Of a DNA stretch of 64,000 nucleotides, positions 50,771 to 63,250 are shown in pieces. The stretch spans positions 77,006,001 through 77,070,000 of the forward strand of contig NW_024704743.1 of NCBI RefSeq assembly GCF_018977255.1, written 5' to 3'. The position numbers were made by a program, and so were the translations under genes. The notes beneath the pieces were generated by a model. The model worked only from the letters and a program-made list of their open reading frames with translations, was not told where the DNA came from and made no database searches. Every line of letters begins with the position of its first letter. Within the stretch, counting starts at the first letter, position 1. This stretch comes from Callorhinchus milii (taxonomy: Eukaryota).

Positions 50771-52217
50771 AAGATAACACAAAGATACATTGAAAGAAGG
50801 GAATGAAAATAAAATACCATTAAAAAAATGTTAAAACTGCATATAAACATCTAACCCCATTTTACATTTCACATATGATTCCCAAAATGCTGCATTTAAC
50901 ATGCAACACAAGCCTACGTGTAAACGTGTTTTGTGTTTGCATCAGTAGCAATAAAAATAATAGAGACAACGCCCAAAGTCAGGAATCTGGCAGCATCATA
51001 AGAACCATGAGATCTGAATATTGCATAAGGAGATTGAAGCTTTTACACAGCCTCTTTCAATGATTCTGCAATCACTGTTTAGAATTATAATATGAGACCA
51101 AGCCCTAGCAATTTACTGCTCAGTCGGCAGGAGACCAGACAAACTCACATCTTAATGGTTTAATTATAATGTCAACATGGATTCATTAGCCTGACAGCTG
51201 TCATTGTAAATGGACCACACTATGACAGGCCAAAAGCCCTAGGGTCAAGGTAATTGATGTAGTCAACAGAATACTGTATTTAGCAAACAAAAGCAAAATG
51301 TCTCGATCACATCTGTGGGAGTGATCCTCAAGCAGAGGATCAATAAGCTAAAATACAGCTTCATAAACTGTTCTGGGTATTTACGAAAAGCACAATGTAA
51401 AATGTTCTCTTGCTTCACAAGGCAAAAAGCTTTAAAATTTGATAAATACATACTGTATACCCGAAAAAGAAAAAAAAAGAATACATTTAAAAAAAAACAG
51501 TTACAATGTGGACTGCTTTACTGCAATTAGCTTTTGGAAGTTGAGTTTGTAATAACATTTAAAAGGGAATTGTTCAAATATTTGAGGAAAAATAATGGGG
51601 TATTTAAGGGTGTGAGTTATGAGCAGGGAATAGAGATAACAGCAATATGGGGAGGTAGAACCAGCACAGACAGAATGTAACCCCCTATGGGTCAAATGTC
51701 ATCCTTCTATACTGTAAACAATTCTGAAGTAGAAAGAGCCACAGAACTGCTCTATCAGTTATGTTTGCCACTTCTGCAGACTTTATAGACACCTTCTTCA
51801 CATAATTATGTGAGCCTTAAAGGCGAGCCTTTGCTGCATTTTCTGAAGAAGGCCTGGATTGGGAGCGTTTCTTGTGGGAAAGCTGAATTTCACTGGAAGA
51901 GATCATCGCACATTTATCTTTTCTGTGTGTTGTGTCAGCTGTGACTAAAACCATCACCATTATACTTGAAACCTTGGGAGAGGGGACAGTACATGATCAT
52001 TTTTCTATTAATCCTGACCAAAAGTCCTGAGAAATTGGTGAGTGTCCTGAGTGGGAATATTAGTGGATGGCTTGTATGTTTTCAAAACATTTTCATTTTT
52101 GATTTCTACAACTTAAAACCAGGAATACTGGTGTACCATGATACACCTGTTCAACATCAGTTATAGTCAGTCGATCTTCAATTTTACTAATATCTTTAAA
52201 CATTTTATGCTTTATTG

Positions 52218-52419
52218 GACAAACAAAATACAAAATACTGCTGATGCGGGAAATCTGAAACAAAAACAGAAGTTGCTGGGAACACTCAGCAGGTCAGGCA
52301 GCGTCTATGGAGAAAGGAATGTTCTGACGAAGGGTTGTGGACTCAAAACGTTGACGCACTTTCCTTTTTCCATAGATGCTGCCTGACCTGCTGAATGTTC
52401 CCAGGGACTTCTGTTTTTG
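52218..52419 (+). mobile_element. Penelope-associated fold-back element with minimal hammerhead ribozyme remnant
   Basis: ~60-bp inverted arms 52259-52319 and 52361-52421; loop ctgacga-agggtt-gtg-gactc-aaaa-cgtt; 13-bp direct repeat ttatgctttattg at 52205 and 52420. Confidence 0.8.
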
Positions 52420-52759
52420 TTATGCTTTATTGTTTCTTGTTTCTCAATCCACGACTGTTTGTGGGACACTGCTGGGCGCGATTGTCTGCCACATTTCACC
52501 CACAAAAAACACAGTCACTATACTTTACAGTGTATCCTGTGAAGCGTTTTGAGACATCTCAAAGACATGATAAGGCGCTATATCAAACACAAAGATTATT
52601 ATTATTGTTTCCGTTCATACCCAAAAGTATCTCTTTTTACCTATTACCCCTCCAGACAACAGGTCAGTTGCTCTCACTCCTTGATCTTCTAGCATGAACT
52701 GGTGGAGGGCAGGGTTGCTGAACTCTGAAATAAAAGTTGGAATAGTACATGTTAAAATT

Positions 52760-53360
52760 TATAATAATAATCCTAGAATTTGATGACTTTCATGGCAGGA
52801 TGGCAAGTCAAAACACTCCATAGAATTCACTAAGCAGTAAGTAAATTTAAGTAGATTTTTTGTAGGTGAACGCAGTAGGCAATTTGCACACACCAATGTT
52901 CCACAAGCAGCTATGAAGTGATAATAATAATCCTTGCATTTGATATAGCGCTTTTCACGTCGGGAGGACGTCCCAAAGCGCTTCACAGAACACACTGTAA
53001 AGTGAATTGACTGTATATTTGTGGGCGAACGCGGCAGCCAATTGCGCACAGCAATGTCCCACAAACAGTCGTAGATTGAAAAATGACCAATTTAATTATT
53101 GTTTTTGGTTTTTTGGAGGGATTATTATTAGGCGTGTGGAGTAAGGAAACTTGCGATGAATCAAATTTAGTTATGTGATTTGTGTGATTGTTGGCCAGGA
53201 AACTCCCTTCGCTTTTCGAATAGTGTCTTGGGATCTGCCACTCGAAGAGGCAGATGAGACCTCAGTTTAACATCTCATCTGAAGGACGGCACCTCCAACA
53301 ATGCAATGCACCTCCAGCATTGCATTAGAATGGCAGCCTAGACTATGAATTCAAAGTCCT
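52760..53360 (-). mobile_element. Old Deu-domain SINE with nested young SINE (52921-53154, same strand)
   Basis: Host cagctatgaagtg [young SINE] gatgaatcaaattt..tagtgtcttgggatc..aacatctcatctgaaggacggcacctccaac. Confidence 0.85.
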
Positions 53361-53829
53361 GCACCATGGGGCCAGGCTGACACACATCTACTTGAAAGGT
53401 TGCCTGACAGGTGGGCATAGAAGATAAAGCAAATATGGAGAGAGAGATCTACTTCGTATAATTTGATAAGTAAATTGGAGTCGTGCCCATGTGAGTTTCT
53501 CATGTTGTTTGTGAGTAATATTCATTACTCATGGAGGGACAGGGGGAGCATGATATATTCCTTTAATGTATGAACTTTAGATGGTGCAATTGTCTTCCAC
53601 CTCCCAGGAACCTGCTTCTGGTCACTACTGACTCTTCACCCTCATTAGAATTTGCATTATTCCTTAATAACAAATCCTTTAGCATTCCTATTGACCCACG
53701 GAAACTCAGCTCCAGATATGGTGTGTGTCAATGTAGGACTTCTCCAGGCAGCGTGACGTACTTGGATTCCTTACCAAGAAATACAGATAAGAAACAGTGC
53801 AAATTAGACACTTTGTGTGATGAGATTAC

Positions 53830-54290
53830 AGGATGAACGATTGGTCTGGCTCATCCGAACTCATCAGTCCAGAATACCCCCCCTACCGTCCTCCCATCAC
53901 AGCATCAAGCTTCTTTTTGAAAGAGTCCAGCGTCCTGGCTTCAACTACCTGTTCTAGTCATTAACTACCCTCTGGGTAAAAAATAACTTCCTGGTGTCTG
54001 TCCTTGTCACTCTAAACATGTGTCTTTTGTTCTACTGTATTCCTAAAGTATTGTTCTGGGTTTTACTTTTTCAATCTCATTTGGAACATTATACAGCTCC
54101 ACAAGATATGTTTTGAGTCATTTTCTCTCAAGCCCGAAGAGCCCTAGCTTACTTAATTGTTGCTTATAGCACATTCCTCTAACATCGGGGATTATCCTCA
54201 GTGCTGTCCTCTGCACTGTTTTGGTGACCAGAACTGTACTCCAGGTGAGGCTTTACCAGAGCACTATAAAGCCCAAGCATGATGTCTACT
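53830..54290 (-). mobile_element. CR1 3' end
   Basis: gagtccagcgtcctgg..gaccagaactgtactccaggtgaggctttaccagagcactata. Confidence 0.75.
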
Positions 54291-55719
54291 TAGAACAAGT
54301 TCAAAAATCTCATCTCATGACTTCACCATTTTACAATTTACTTAACAAACAACAACCATACAGGAAGTTCAACTTCAGCAAAGCTAACAGTCTCATCTCT
54401 ATTTAAAACTCACCAGAGGAAATACGAAGGGTTTATGTGTCTGGAGAGTTTATTGCACTGTTGAAAGTCCTTTGTTCTTCTTACAGTTTTAAAAATATTT
54501 GAAAGCAATAAACGCCCCCTCCCCCAATAAAACAAAAGCATTTATGATGGGAAAGGCAATATATTTACTTCTTGTGCTCACAACAGGTTTCACAGGATTC
54601 ACAACATTAAATGGGATTTGTTTTGTCAATGAATGACTGCAGGATTATTCTGTTCCAAACTGTGTTGATGTGAGCTGTAGCTACTCTGCTGTTTACCAAG
54701 TTTCCAAATTTGTCAGTGTGCTGATGATACATGTAAATACAAAATATGTATTTATACAAATTCATACAAATTCCATTTGAAATATCAAATTATATTGCAT
54801 CTAGATATTTGAAGTACAGCAAGAGTCCTGGTTGATTTTTTTCTCCTCCTGAGTCCAGGCCAATTCTAATATTCGAACTCTTGCCCACACTGCAATGAGA
54901 TCAACTAATGTGGCACACTTGTGATTTTCAGGCCTTTATAATTCAATGCTAAACCAATAATTCTTTTATTCACTGAGCTTCCCTTTTTTCTTATTGAGTA
55001 AAAAGATTGAAAGTCTTGCCAATCACCGTGATGCCCTTCTCTATGCCTTACATGCTATCTGTTCAACATTGATGGAGTAATGATTCCTGCCCAGCCAGAA
55101 TTCTCACGAATGCAAACCAAGCACAAGATTTCCTTGTGTGGCGTGAAAGTTGCCACCGATGATGTGCTGATTAACACATTGCAGAACTTTCCATCCCTGA
55201 CAGTAACTGAAGATAATGATTAATCTGTATGTGTAACTGCTCCCGCCGACTCTAAAAATGGTTGGGCCCAAAGCTGGCCACACCGTGGATTTTGCTGGAT
55301 CACAGCCTACCTGCTTTACTCAGATTGTTGGAGAAGAAAGATGTTCTCCCACTAAATAGAACTCAAACACAGGGTGCAGCCAGCTCTGGGCCAGTCCATG
55401 TGTCTGAGATCAAAGTCAGGGGAGGGAGAGGATCCACACCCAGTTGATACAACAGGACAACATTTTCAACTTTAATACATCACACGTCGTAATTTTCAGC
55501 CCTGTGTCTTTTATCCCATGTTATTACCAGCAAAAGAAACACCTGAGGCCACTCACTTGACTTTGGACAATTACTATTGACAACAGTAAAGAAATAACTG
55601 GATTGAGGTAAGTGACAGCTGTAGGAAAGAGATGAGTATTGTCATTAGGAAGGACACTTTGGAGACATAATCTGTACCCTTGAATAGAAAGATTCACATT
55701 GCAGTATTGTCATCAAAGC

Positions 55720-56040
55720 AGTTGAGGGTTCAAGCCTAACATTGAGACTTTGAGCTCATGTAGTCTCGGACTAACACTTTAATACAGTGCTGGGGAGTGC
55801 TTCATTGTTGGAGGTGCCGCCCATTGGAGGAGACATTAAACCAAGTCCCCATCTACCTGTTCAGGTTGATGTTAAAGATCCCATGACACTATTCAGAAAA
55901 ATATTCAGAAAAAGAAGGGAGTGTCTCCTGCTGTGCTATCCAACAATCCCTCTGTTAAAATTGGCAATCACATTTGCCCACAAAATATAGCATCACTATG
56001 CTTTGCATTAATTCCTGTGAAGCTCTTTGAGACATCCTCT
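55720..56040 (+). mobile_element. Old Deu-domain SINE
   Basis: ttggaggtgccg..gagacattaaacc..ttcaggttgatgttaaagatcccatgacactatt. Confidence 0.8.
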
Positions 56041-57874
56041 AAATATTTATCATAAGACTTAAGCATTCTTCATTGAAAAGGAAGTCCCATGTAAAAAATG
56101 TATCAAGGCAAAGGAGCTTGCCAAAAATCATAGCCTTTTTATTAACTAAGTAATATGTGTAGCCTGGAAAAAATATCTCAAAGCATTATGATAGATTCCA
56201 TAAGATGTAGCAAAATATGGTTTAGAAATCAAATGGGACTTCTTTTCCTACATCTATTAGAATCTTAGTGAATGTAATATAATTTTAAATTGGGAAACTT
56301 AGAGAGAATTTCTGTGGCCAGTGTGACATATTTCTGATTACTTTGATAAATATTCCTTATTAAGGAATCCATCTGAGTAACACTGTAAATTGTACCCTTT
56401 GTGTGTTGGGACACATCAAACTGAACCAGACATCAGCCCTCAGCACTTTGCCATTTCTATAGGAACAGCGCAAAACAACATCCCTAAAGGAAGTTCTAAA
56501 TTAGTTAAGCTAACAGTCTCATCTCTATGTAAAACTCAGAAAAGGAAGTGCAATAAATTTGTGTGTCTAAACGGGATTATTTTTGAACTATTGGAAATCC
56601 TTTGTTGTAATTGTAAATTTTAATTGGTGTATTCGATAGGAAGGATTGTTGAAAAAAGTTACTTACAGAGATAATATTGAACTATTATCAGCAAACTGTT
56701 ATTAAAACCAACACCTTATGGATAATATTAATCCTTGCATTTGATAATAATAATACTTTCCCCAAGACTTGACTGCTGTGAATGAATAGTGGTCTTAGAC
56801 ACTTGTGAAACAATAGAATTCACAGAGTATAGTAACACTGATTTGAAGTTTATTGTTAACGAGGGTCAAATAAGCTTTTTACAATAACACAAAATGTTTA
56901 ACACTGAGAAAAAGATCTACAGAATTTTTCTAGGATTTTAATATGGGTTGGGGTATTTAACTCTCCAAATTCTGACATTAACTAGACAAATGTTTGCTGA
57001 AATCTCTCTTGTCCTGTACTTAAAATAACAAAAAAGTCCCATCTGCCTGTTCAGATAGCCACATGGCATCACTTGAAAACTGAAAGGAGTTCACCCCAGT
57101 GTCCAGACAAAAATCTCTCAGATAAAATTGATCATTCCCTTCATGACTGTTTGTTACTGTACACAAATTGGCTGCCGTGTTAGCCTAAAAAATACAAAAT
57201 ACACAGTCACTACATATTACAATAAACCTGTGAAGTGCTTTGAGACATCCACTTGATGTGGAAGGTGCTTTACCAAATGTAAGGATTGTTGTATTTATTA
57301 TTAACATCTCAATAGACTTGTTGAACCGATTAGAGAGTTGTGAACTGAACGCAACTTCTAATTGGTTACAATGGAGCTCTCAGATTTGAATCCTCTAGAG
57401 CCTAAGACTCAGTAAGCAGAATATAGATAGCATCTTTGATTGTTTGGTACAACTAAAAAGATGAGACAGACATCTAGACCCCATTATGGTTGCACTGTCA
57501 TAAAACCGAATTTTGACTCTATGAGTCTTATGTTAAAATAATTTGAGTTGATGGGTCTGCTCATTCTGAAATATGTCAACATGTTTTTGATTTTTTGTGT
57601 GCCTTCTATAGTTCTATATTTAATATTTAATACATTTCAGTAATATGTTTATTGGCAGGCAAACTGAATAATCAGTTTAAGTACACAGTGATCAATGAGT
57701 AGATGAATTTTAACCTTAGAGGACTATTGGGATTGAATATCATTCAGCAGGTGGTAAGTGGTCCATTGAATTAAACAAGAACCAAACTCAAGGTTGAGTT
57801 TCATCAATATGCAGCTGAATAACCAGTTGGAGGAGTTACAGTTCATCTTTCAACTAATGGAACTGCCGTGGTGA

Positions 57875-58082
57875 TAAACTCCTTTCTCTTTTTGAATAGT
57901 GTAACAAAATGTCCACCTGAACAGGCAGACAGGACCTCAGTTAATGTCTCATCCAAAACACTCCAGCACTGCAGTGGAGTGTTAATCTAGACTGTGAATC
58001 CAAAGTCCCAACATGCGGTTTGATCCCACAACCTTCTGACTCAGAGGCGAGAGTGTTACCAACCAACTGAGCCAGGCTGACA
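57875..58082 (-). mobile_element. Old Deu-domain SINE, 5' half
   Basis: tccacctgaacaggcagac..cccacaaccttctgactcagaggcgagag..aactgagccaggctg. Confidence 0.8.
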
Positions 58083-58744
58083 CCAATAGCAGTTACATTG
58101 ATTAATTAATCTCTTTGAGGTTTAGATGTGAAAAGGCACTAGAAAGAACAGTCATTGTATTTTGTGTGAATTTCCTAAACTGGGCATAGGGTGCAATACA
58201 GTAATGAATAAATAGATGCATGTTGAGTGTATTACCTTGTTAACCTGTTTCAGCACACACCTTTGCTATAATGCTAAAACACTCTGGGTGATGAAAGCTA
58301 CATGATGTACACGTCTCTTTATTAATGTTTCGAAATATTGGTGATTATCACTTCAATCTTCACTTTATTTTGTGTCCTGTAAACAGCTCACAACTTGCAT
58401 TAAGTGCCCCAAGTGTTATACAGTCACATGGTTGGTTTACTTGCTCTTGCAGACAGACCATGAGCAGACAGCTCTGCAATCGTGTTTTTATAAAGAAAAA
58501 TTGCAAACATACTGTCAAAGACATCAAAGGGTTAAAGACTAAGTGGTCCAGCATTGAGGGTATCACATCTCTTTAAAAACTGTGGGATTACAGCCAGACT
58601 TATAGAAACAGACCAAGAAACACAACAACTTTATCTGTGCTTCTTTGGCTATGAGCAGCTTAATGAGAAAGATGTCTTAACTGGTACCGGGCAGACCCCA
58701 ACTGCAGGATTTAAAGATGCATTGATTTTAGATTTCTTCTGCCT

Positions 58745-59270
58745 TTAACTGCACTCACTAAATTATCATATCCCGCTTTGCAGAAGGATCATGAGAGATT
58801 ACACTTTACCAATCACAGCCATTGCACTAATGGAGGTGACCCGTCAAGTTAGCAGAGAGGCAGAATTCCATAAGAGCGAGGCCTCAATTTAGCTCTCCAG
58901 TGAAGAGCCAGTGGAGATTATTTTTAATTCCTTATCTCTGGCATTCTGCAGACACGGCATTTGTTTACCAGAATGAATGTCTGTCTGTATATATATGGGC
59001 CTGTTTCCCCGTTCATTCCTCCGAGTGATGCTGCCGCCTTTAGCACTGCTTCCCCATGTTCCCTTAGTGTGTGTTACTCTGATGTAATACAATGACTGGC
59101 TTCTGGTTGCCAGACATAGCTGTAGCGGTGCAGTGATTGTAGCAACTCAAAGGGGAACTTTGGTATATGATGTGCTAATTGTTATGACACATAAACACAT
59201 TACACCTTCTCCCTTCCGTAAATGCTATAAACAGCAAAGGGTTGATACACTTACTGTCAAGTGGACAATA
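58745..59270. promoter_or_regulatory. Candidate conserved non-coding element / enhancer
   Basis: No repeat recognised, high complexity, several retained CpGs, forkhead tgtttac (~58962), ccaat and TAAT cores; conservation not tested. Confidence 0.4.
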
Positions 59271-59324
59271 ACCATTTGAACCATTCAATCTCAGAACATA
59301 TAGTTATTTGCAAAACACTCACAT

Positions 59325-59683
59325 GTGGAGACGTGTAGCTCAATGCTTAGAGCGTTCACCTCGCAAGCGAGAGACCTGGGTTTGATTCCCAGCCGGGCGA
59401 AATATTGGGCAAGTTTCCTTACTCCACACGCCTCTGTTTACCTAACAGTAAGTAGGAACTCGGTTGTTAGTCGATTGGCGGATCGCTTTTCCGGGATTAA
59501 TAATTCCTTCAAAAAAAATGGTAACTTCATCCACGACTGTTTGTGGGATGCTGCTGTGCACAATTGGCTGCCACGTTTCACCCACAAAATATATAGTGAA
59601 TTCATTTTACAGTTTATTCTGTGAAGTGCTTTGAGACATCTCGAAGACATGATAAGGTGCTATATCAAATGCAAGGATTATTA
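59325..59683 (+). mobile_element. Full-length young SINE, long subtype
   Basis: Collinear with 936-1301, including ctctgtttacc..ggttgttagtcgattggcggatcgc. Confidence 0.95.
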
Positions 59684-60010
59684 TGTTGCCACCTGTACTT
59701 ACAGCATTTCACAGCTCATTTTTTTTTCATAGAATGTTACGGCACAGAAGGAGGCCATTCGGCCCATCGAGTCTGTGCCAGCTCTTTGAAAGAGCAAGTC
59801 ACTTTCACTAACAAATGCAGAAAACAGATTTAAAGCAGGTACTGTTGTATATATTTGAGGATACCTAAGGGGCAAAAGGTGTTCCTTTGATCAGAAATTA
59901 GGAAAAATGTCATGAATGACAACATCAGTAGAAACTGTGTTGTCCAAGATCCTTTTCTCAACTTTGTTGTTGATTAATACTGATAATGGTAGTGATTTCT
60001 GTATGGAAGG

Positions 60011-60460
60011 CAACAACAAACAACAACAAAATTATATTTGTATAGTGCCTTTCATGTGCCTTTCATGTTGGGAGGACGTTCCAAGTCGCTGGACAATCAG
60101 TGTTTCGGACCCGAGCTGGTGGTCAGGATCGGGGAGGTAGTGGGGGAAAGAGGGTGACCAAAAGCATGGTCAAAGAGTCTTTATATGGGTCTTGAAGGAG
60201 GCAAGGGAAGAGGCGAGGCGGAGGGACTGCGGGATGGAGTTCCAGAGGGTGGGGGAAAATTGGCTGAAGAGCGCCAGTCAATGGTGGGGCGGGCGAGGTA
60301 GGGACTTGAAGCATGCTGGAGCCTGCTGAGTGTAGGGAGAGGGCAGCTTGGTACGGGGTTAGGAGGTCACTGAGATAGGGGGGAGCAAGGCCATGGAGGG
60401 CTTTGAAATTGAGGACCAGGATCCTGAACTGTATTGTCTGTGTGATGGGAAGCCACCTCG
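60011..60460 (-). mobile_element. L2 3' end
   Basis: (caa)n..ttgggaggacgttccaag..ggagttccagag..tttgaaattgaggaccaggatcctgaac. Confidence 0.85.
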
Positions 60461-62877
60461 GTCCAGTGTTATCAAATTACTATCAGGAATCTTTCCCAAG
60501 TGAAATGTTGAATCAGCTGAGATATGAGTCCAGTTTGTGGATTAAGTGACGTGCAATGGTTTGAACGGAAACTACAATTATTTGCTGAGGCCACTTCCCG
60601 GATGGCATGGTCTGTTCACCTGTGCTATAGTTGGTGGCAGTTGCAGTGGTACAAAAAAAAAGGCAACAGAATTATGAGAGCTAGTGGAAGTATGTTACTC
60701 TGACTTTCAGGACTCTCTCTGATTCAATCTACTTTTGGAGCAGTATTTCATGGGTCAGCATTAACGTGCTTCTGGTTACCATGAGAATCCCACTCACGAC
60801 CTTTAAATAGGAAATGCCATTTGAAATTGCCCTGCTTTATACTTCAATGTTCCACAAGTCAACTGGGTCACACTCAGCAACGATATAAAAGTGCAACAAT
60901 TTTCTCGGCAAACACTCTAGCACCTCCAGGGAGATAACAAATGAAGATCAGACCATTCATTCTGTTTTTCTATAATAAATGGCAGCACAGATAGTTCAAA
61001 GTCCATCTAGAGCAAAGGTAGAGGAGCAATTCCTCAGCAGCATAAGAATTACATAGGAAGCCATGTACATTGTCATAGCATTGAGGAGTGCAGCACTGTA
61101 ACTGTGACAATACCTGCTGACTGGAGTTGCATCTGCATCAACAACAACAAAATCCCTGCATGTCTTCTTATAAATCAAACATCTTGCACATATGTGTCCT
61201 GACCCAGCAGGAAAGCAGAAGTTTGTGGTAGTCAGGTAGTTTATGAACTGTGTAAATAAAGTTTACAACTGTTAGTGGGTTGAGCAAAGCCAAAGAGCAT
61301 TTCTGTCATCCTCCATACAACCTCTGCTGTGCAGCTATCATTAAGGAAAAAAGTTGTCCAGCAAATCAGTAAATTAGCAAAAAGGGGACATAAGCTCAAT
61401 GTTTTCACTGGAAGAATTACTAGGGAGGTAAGAAGAGTTTTTTTCATGAGAATATGGAATGCTTTCCATAAGTGGTTTTGATGCTGAGACCATAACAGCA
61501 ATTCATAGGGAAATTGATAAGCATTTAAAGAGAAGGAATATAAAAGGATAAGGCAAAAAAGCAAGAGTTTGCCATTGGATTAGTTTGCTCCAGTGGATGG
61601 CTTCTATGAAATAAAGAAAAGCAATAAATAATAATAAATGTTAATAATAATCCTTGAATTTGATATGGTGCCTCATCACGTCATCAGGATGTCTCAAAGC
61701 ACTTCACAGGAAATAGTGAAGTGGTTTTGACTATTTTGTGGGCAAAACTTGCATTTTTCACTTTCGGAAGACATCTCAAAGCCTTCGCAGGATTTACAGT
61801 AAAGTATAGTGACTATGTGTTTTGTTTGTAGGTGAAGGGGACATTATAAATTGTGATGATGTTAAAATCTCCTGTGGCCCACCTGCTCATACCCCTTGAA
61901 TAATGGAGCAGTGAAGTGCAACAGGTAGAAGCTGCTCCAGACTCTGGACTTGTGGCATTAGTATTTTTATAGCATCTTTTTAAAATAAATGAAATATTTT
62001 GTACAATATATAATGTGAATAATTTGTATGTCAATTCAAAAGTAATGCAATGTGGGGCCATGGTTGGAGTATCGTCAAATATATTTTAATGGTGCTGTCC
62101 GCATCTTCCTTTTAATGGTTCTTATCCATGCTGCTAAATGTGACACAAACCAAATGTTGCTTTACACTGGGGCGAATGGGTGCAAATCATCCTGTTTGTC
62201 TACATGCATCTTCCAGCCAGTGCAAATCTCCACAATCTGAACTTCAGAGAACCAAAGCCCCAGCCTGCAGGAAATCAATGCTGAAAACATGAAGAATCTG
62301 TCAACGCCGACACAGCAATAAATCAGAAGGAACTCATGGAAATATGCATGAAGAAGGAGTGCAGCCAGACTTAGTGTCGTGAATGGTAAGCTCATGTTTC
62401 AAAAACAATTACTTTCAATTTTGTGCAGGATGTCCTTCTAGTTTTTAAAGCTGATACTAATAATTATTGAAATAATTTGTGCATCATTTGTATTAGTCTG
62501 CATAAAAGAAACTGGGCTTAATTCAAAAAAAAATTGCAACATTTACTCTTCACGTGATGATACAAATTACAAATGGCGAACAGTTTGTCCATTTCCAATG
62601 CTTGTTTCAACAACAACAACAAATTTAGATTGAGTTTCACTTATGACATCCCCATTTCAGTCTGCTCTGTCCTGCCAATACCTACACCAATGTATCTCAT
62701 ATCATTTCGGAAACTTTCTTTCCACTATCAATTCAGTGTAATCAAGAGGCTCACATTTAGGGGTTACAGTCTCAGACTCAGAAGGAGAAGCGTGAACAGG
62801 TTTACATTATACATAGAGGGCTAGCATGTGAAACAGTTTGCCCAGGGAAAAGGGAGAGGCAACAAGGCGTAGTTTCA

Positions 62878-63250
62878 ACAACAACAACAACAACAAGATT
62901 GCATTTATAGAGCGCCTTTCACGTCGGGAGGACGTCCCAAGGCGCTGGACAGTTGGGTTGGCACCCGAGCAGGGGGGAGATGTCAGGGTGAGGGGAGGGA
63001 AGGGAGGGAGTGAGGAGGGGAGGGAAGGGAGGGAGCGAGGAGGGGGTAGAGAGTCGAGAGGGGAGCTGAAGGCACGGTTGAAGAGAAAGGTCTTGAGACC
63101 GGCCTTGAAGGAGGAAAGGGAGGAGGCAAGGCGAAGGCACTGGGGGATGGAGTTCCAGAGCCTAGGGGCTGAGAGGCTGAAAGCCCGGCCACCGATGGTA
63201 GGGCGGTTAGGGCGGGGGATGTGGAACAGACCGGAGCCAGAGGAACAGAG
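62878..63250 (-). mobile_element. Young 5'-truncated L2, TSD gtttca
   Basis: Reverse complement near-identical to 33875-34221; gtttca at 62872 and 63251. Confidence 0.95.

Noticed and set aside
54350..54400. KLTVSS resembling an Ig/TCR J segment (also ~56510)
   Set aside because: No F/W-G-x-G motif, no upstream RSS, no splice donor after it
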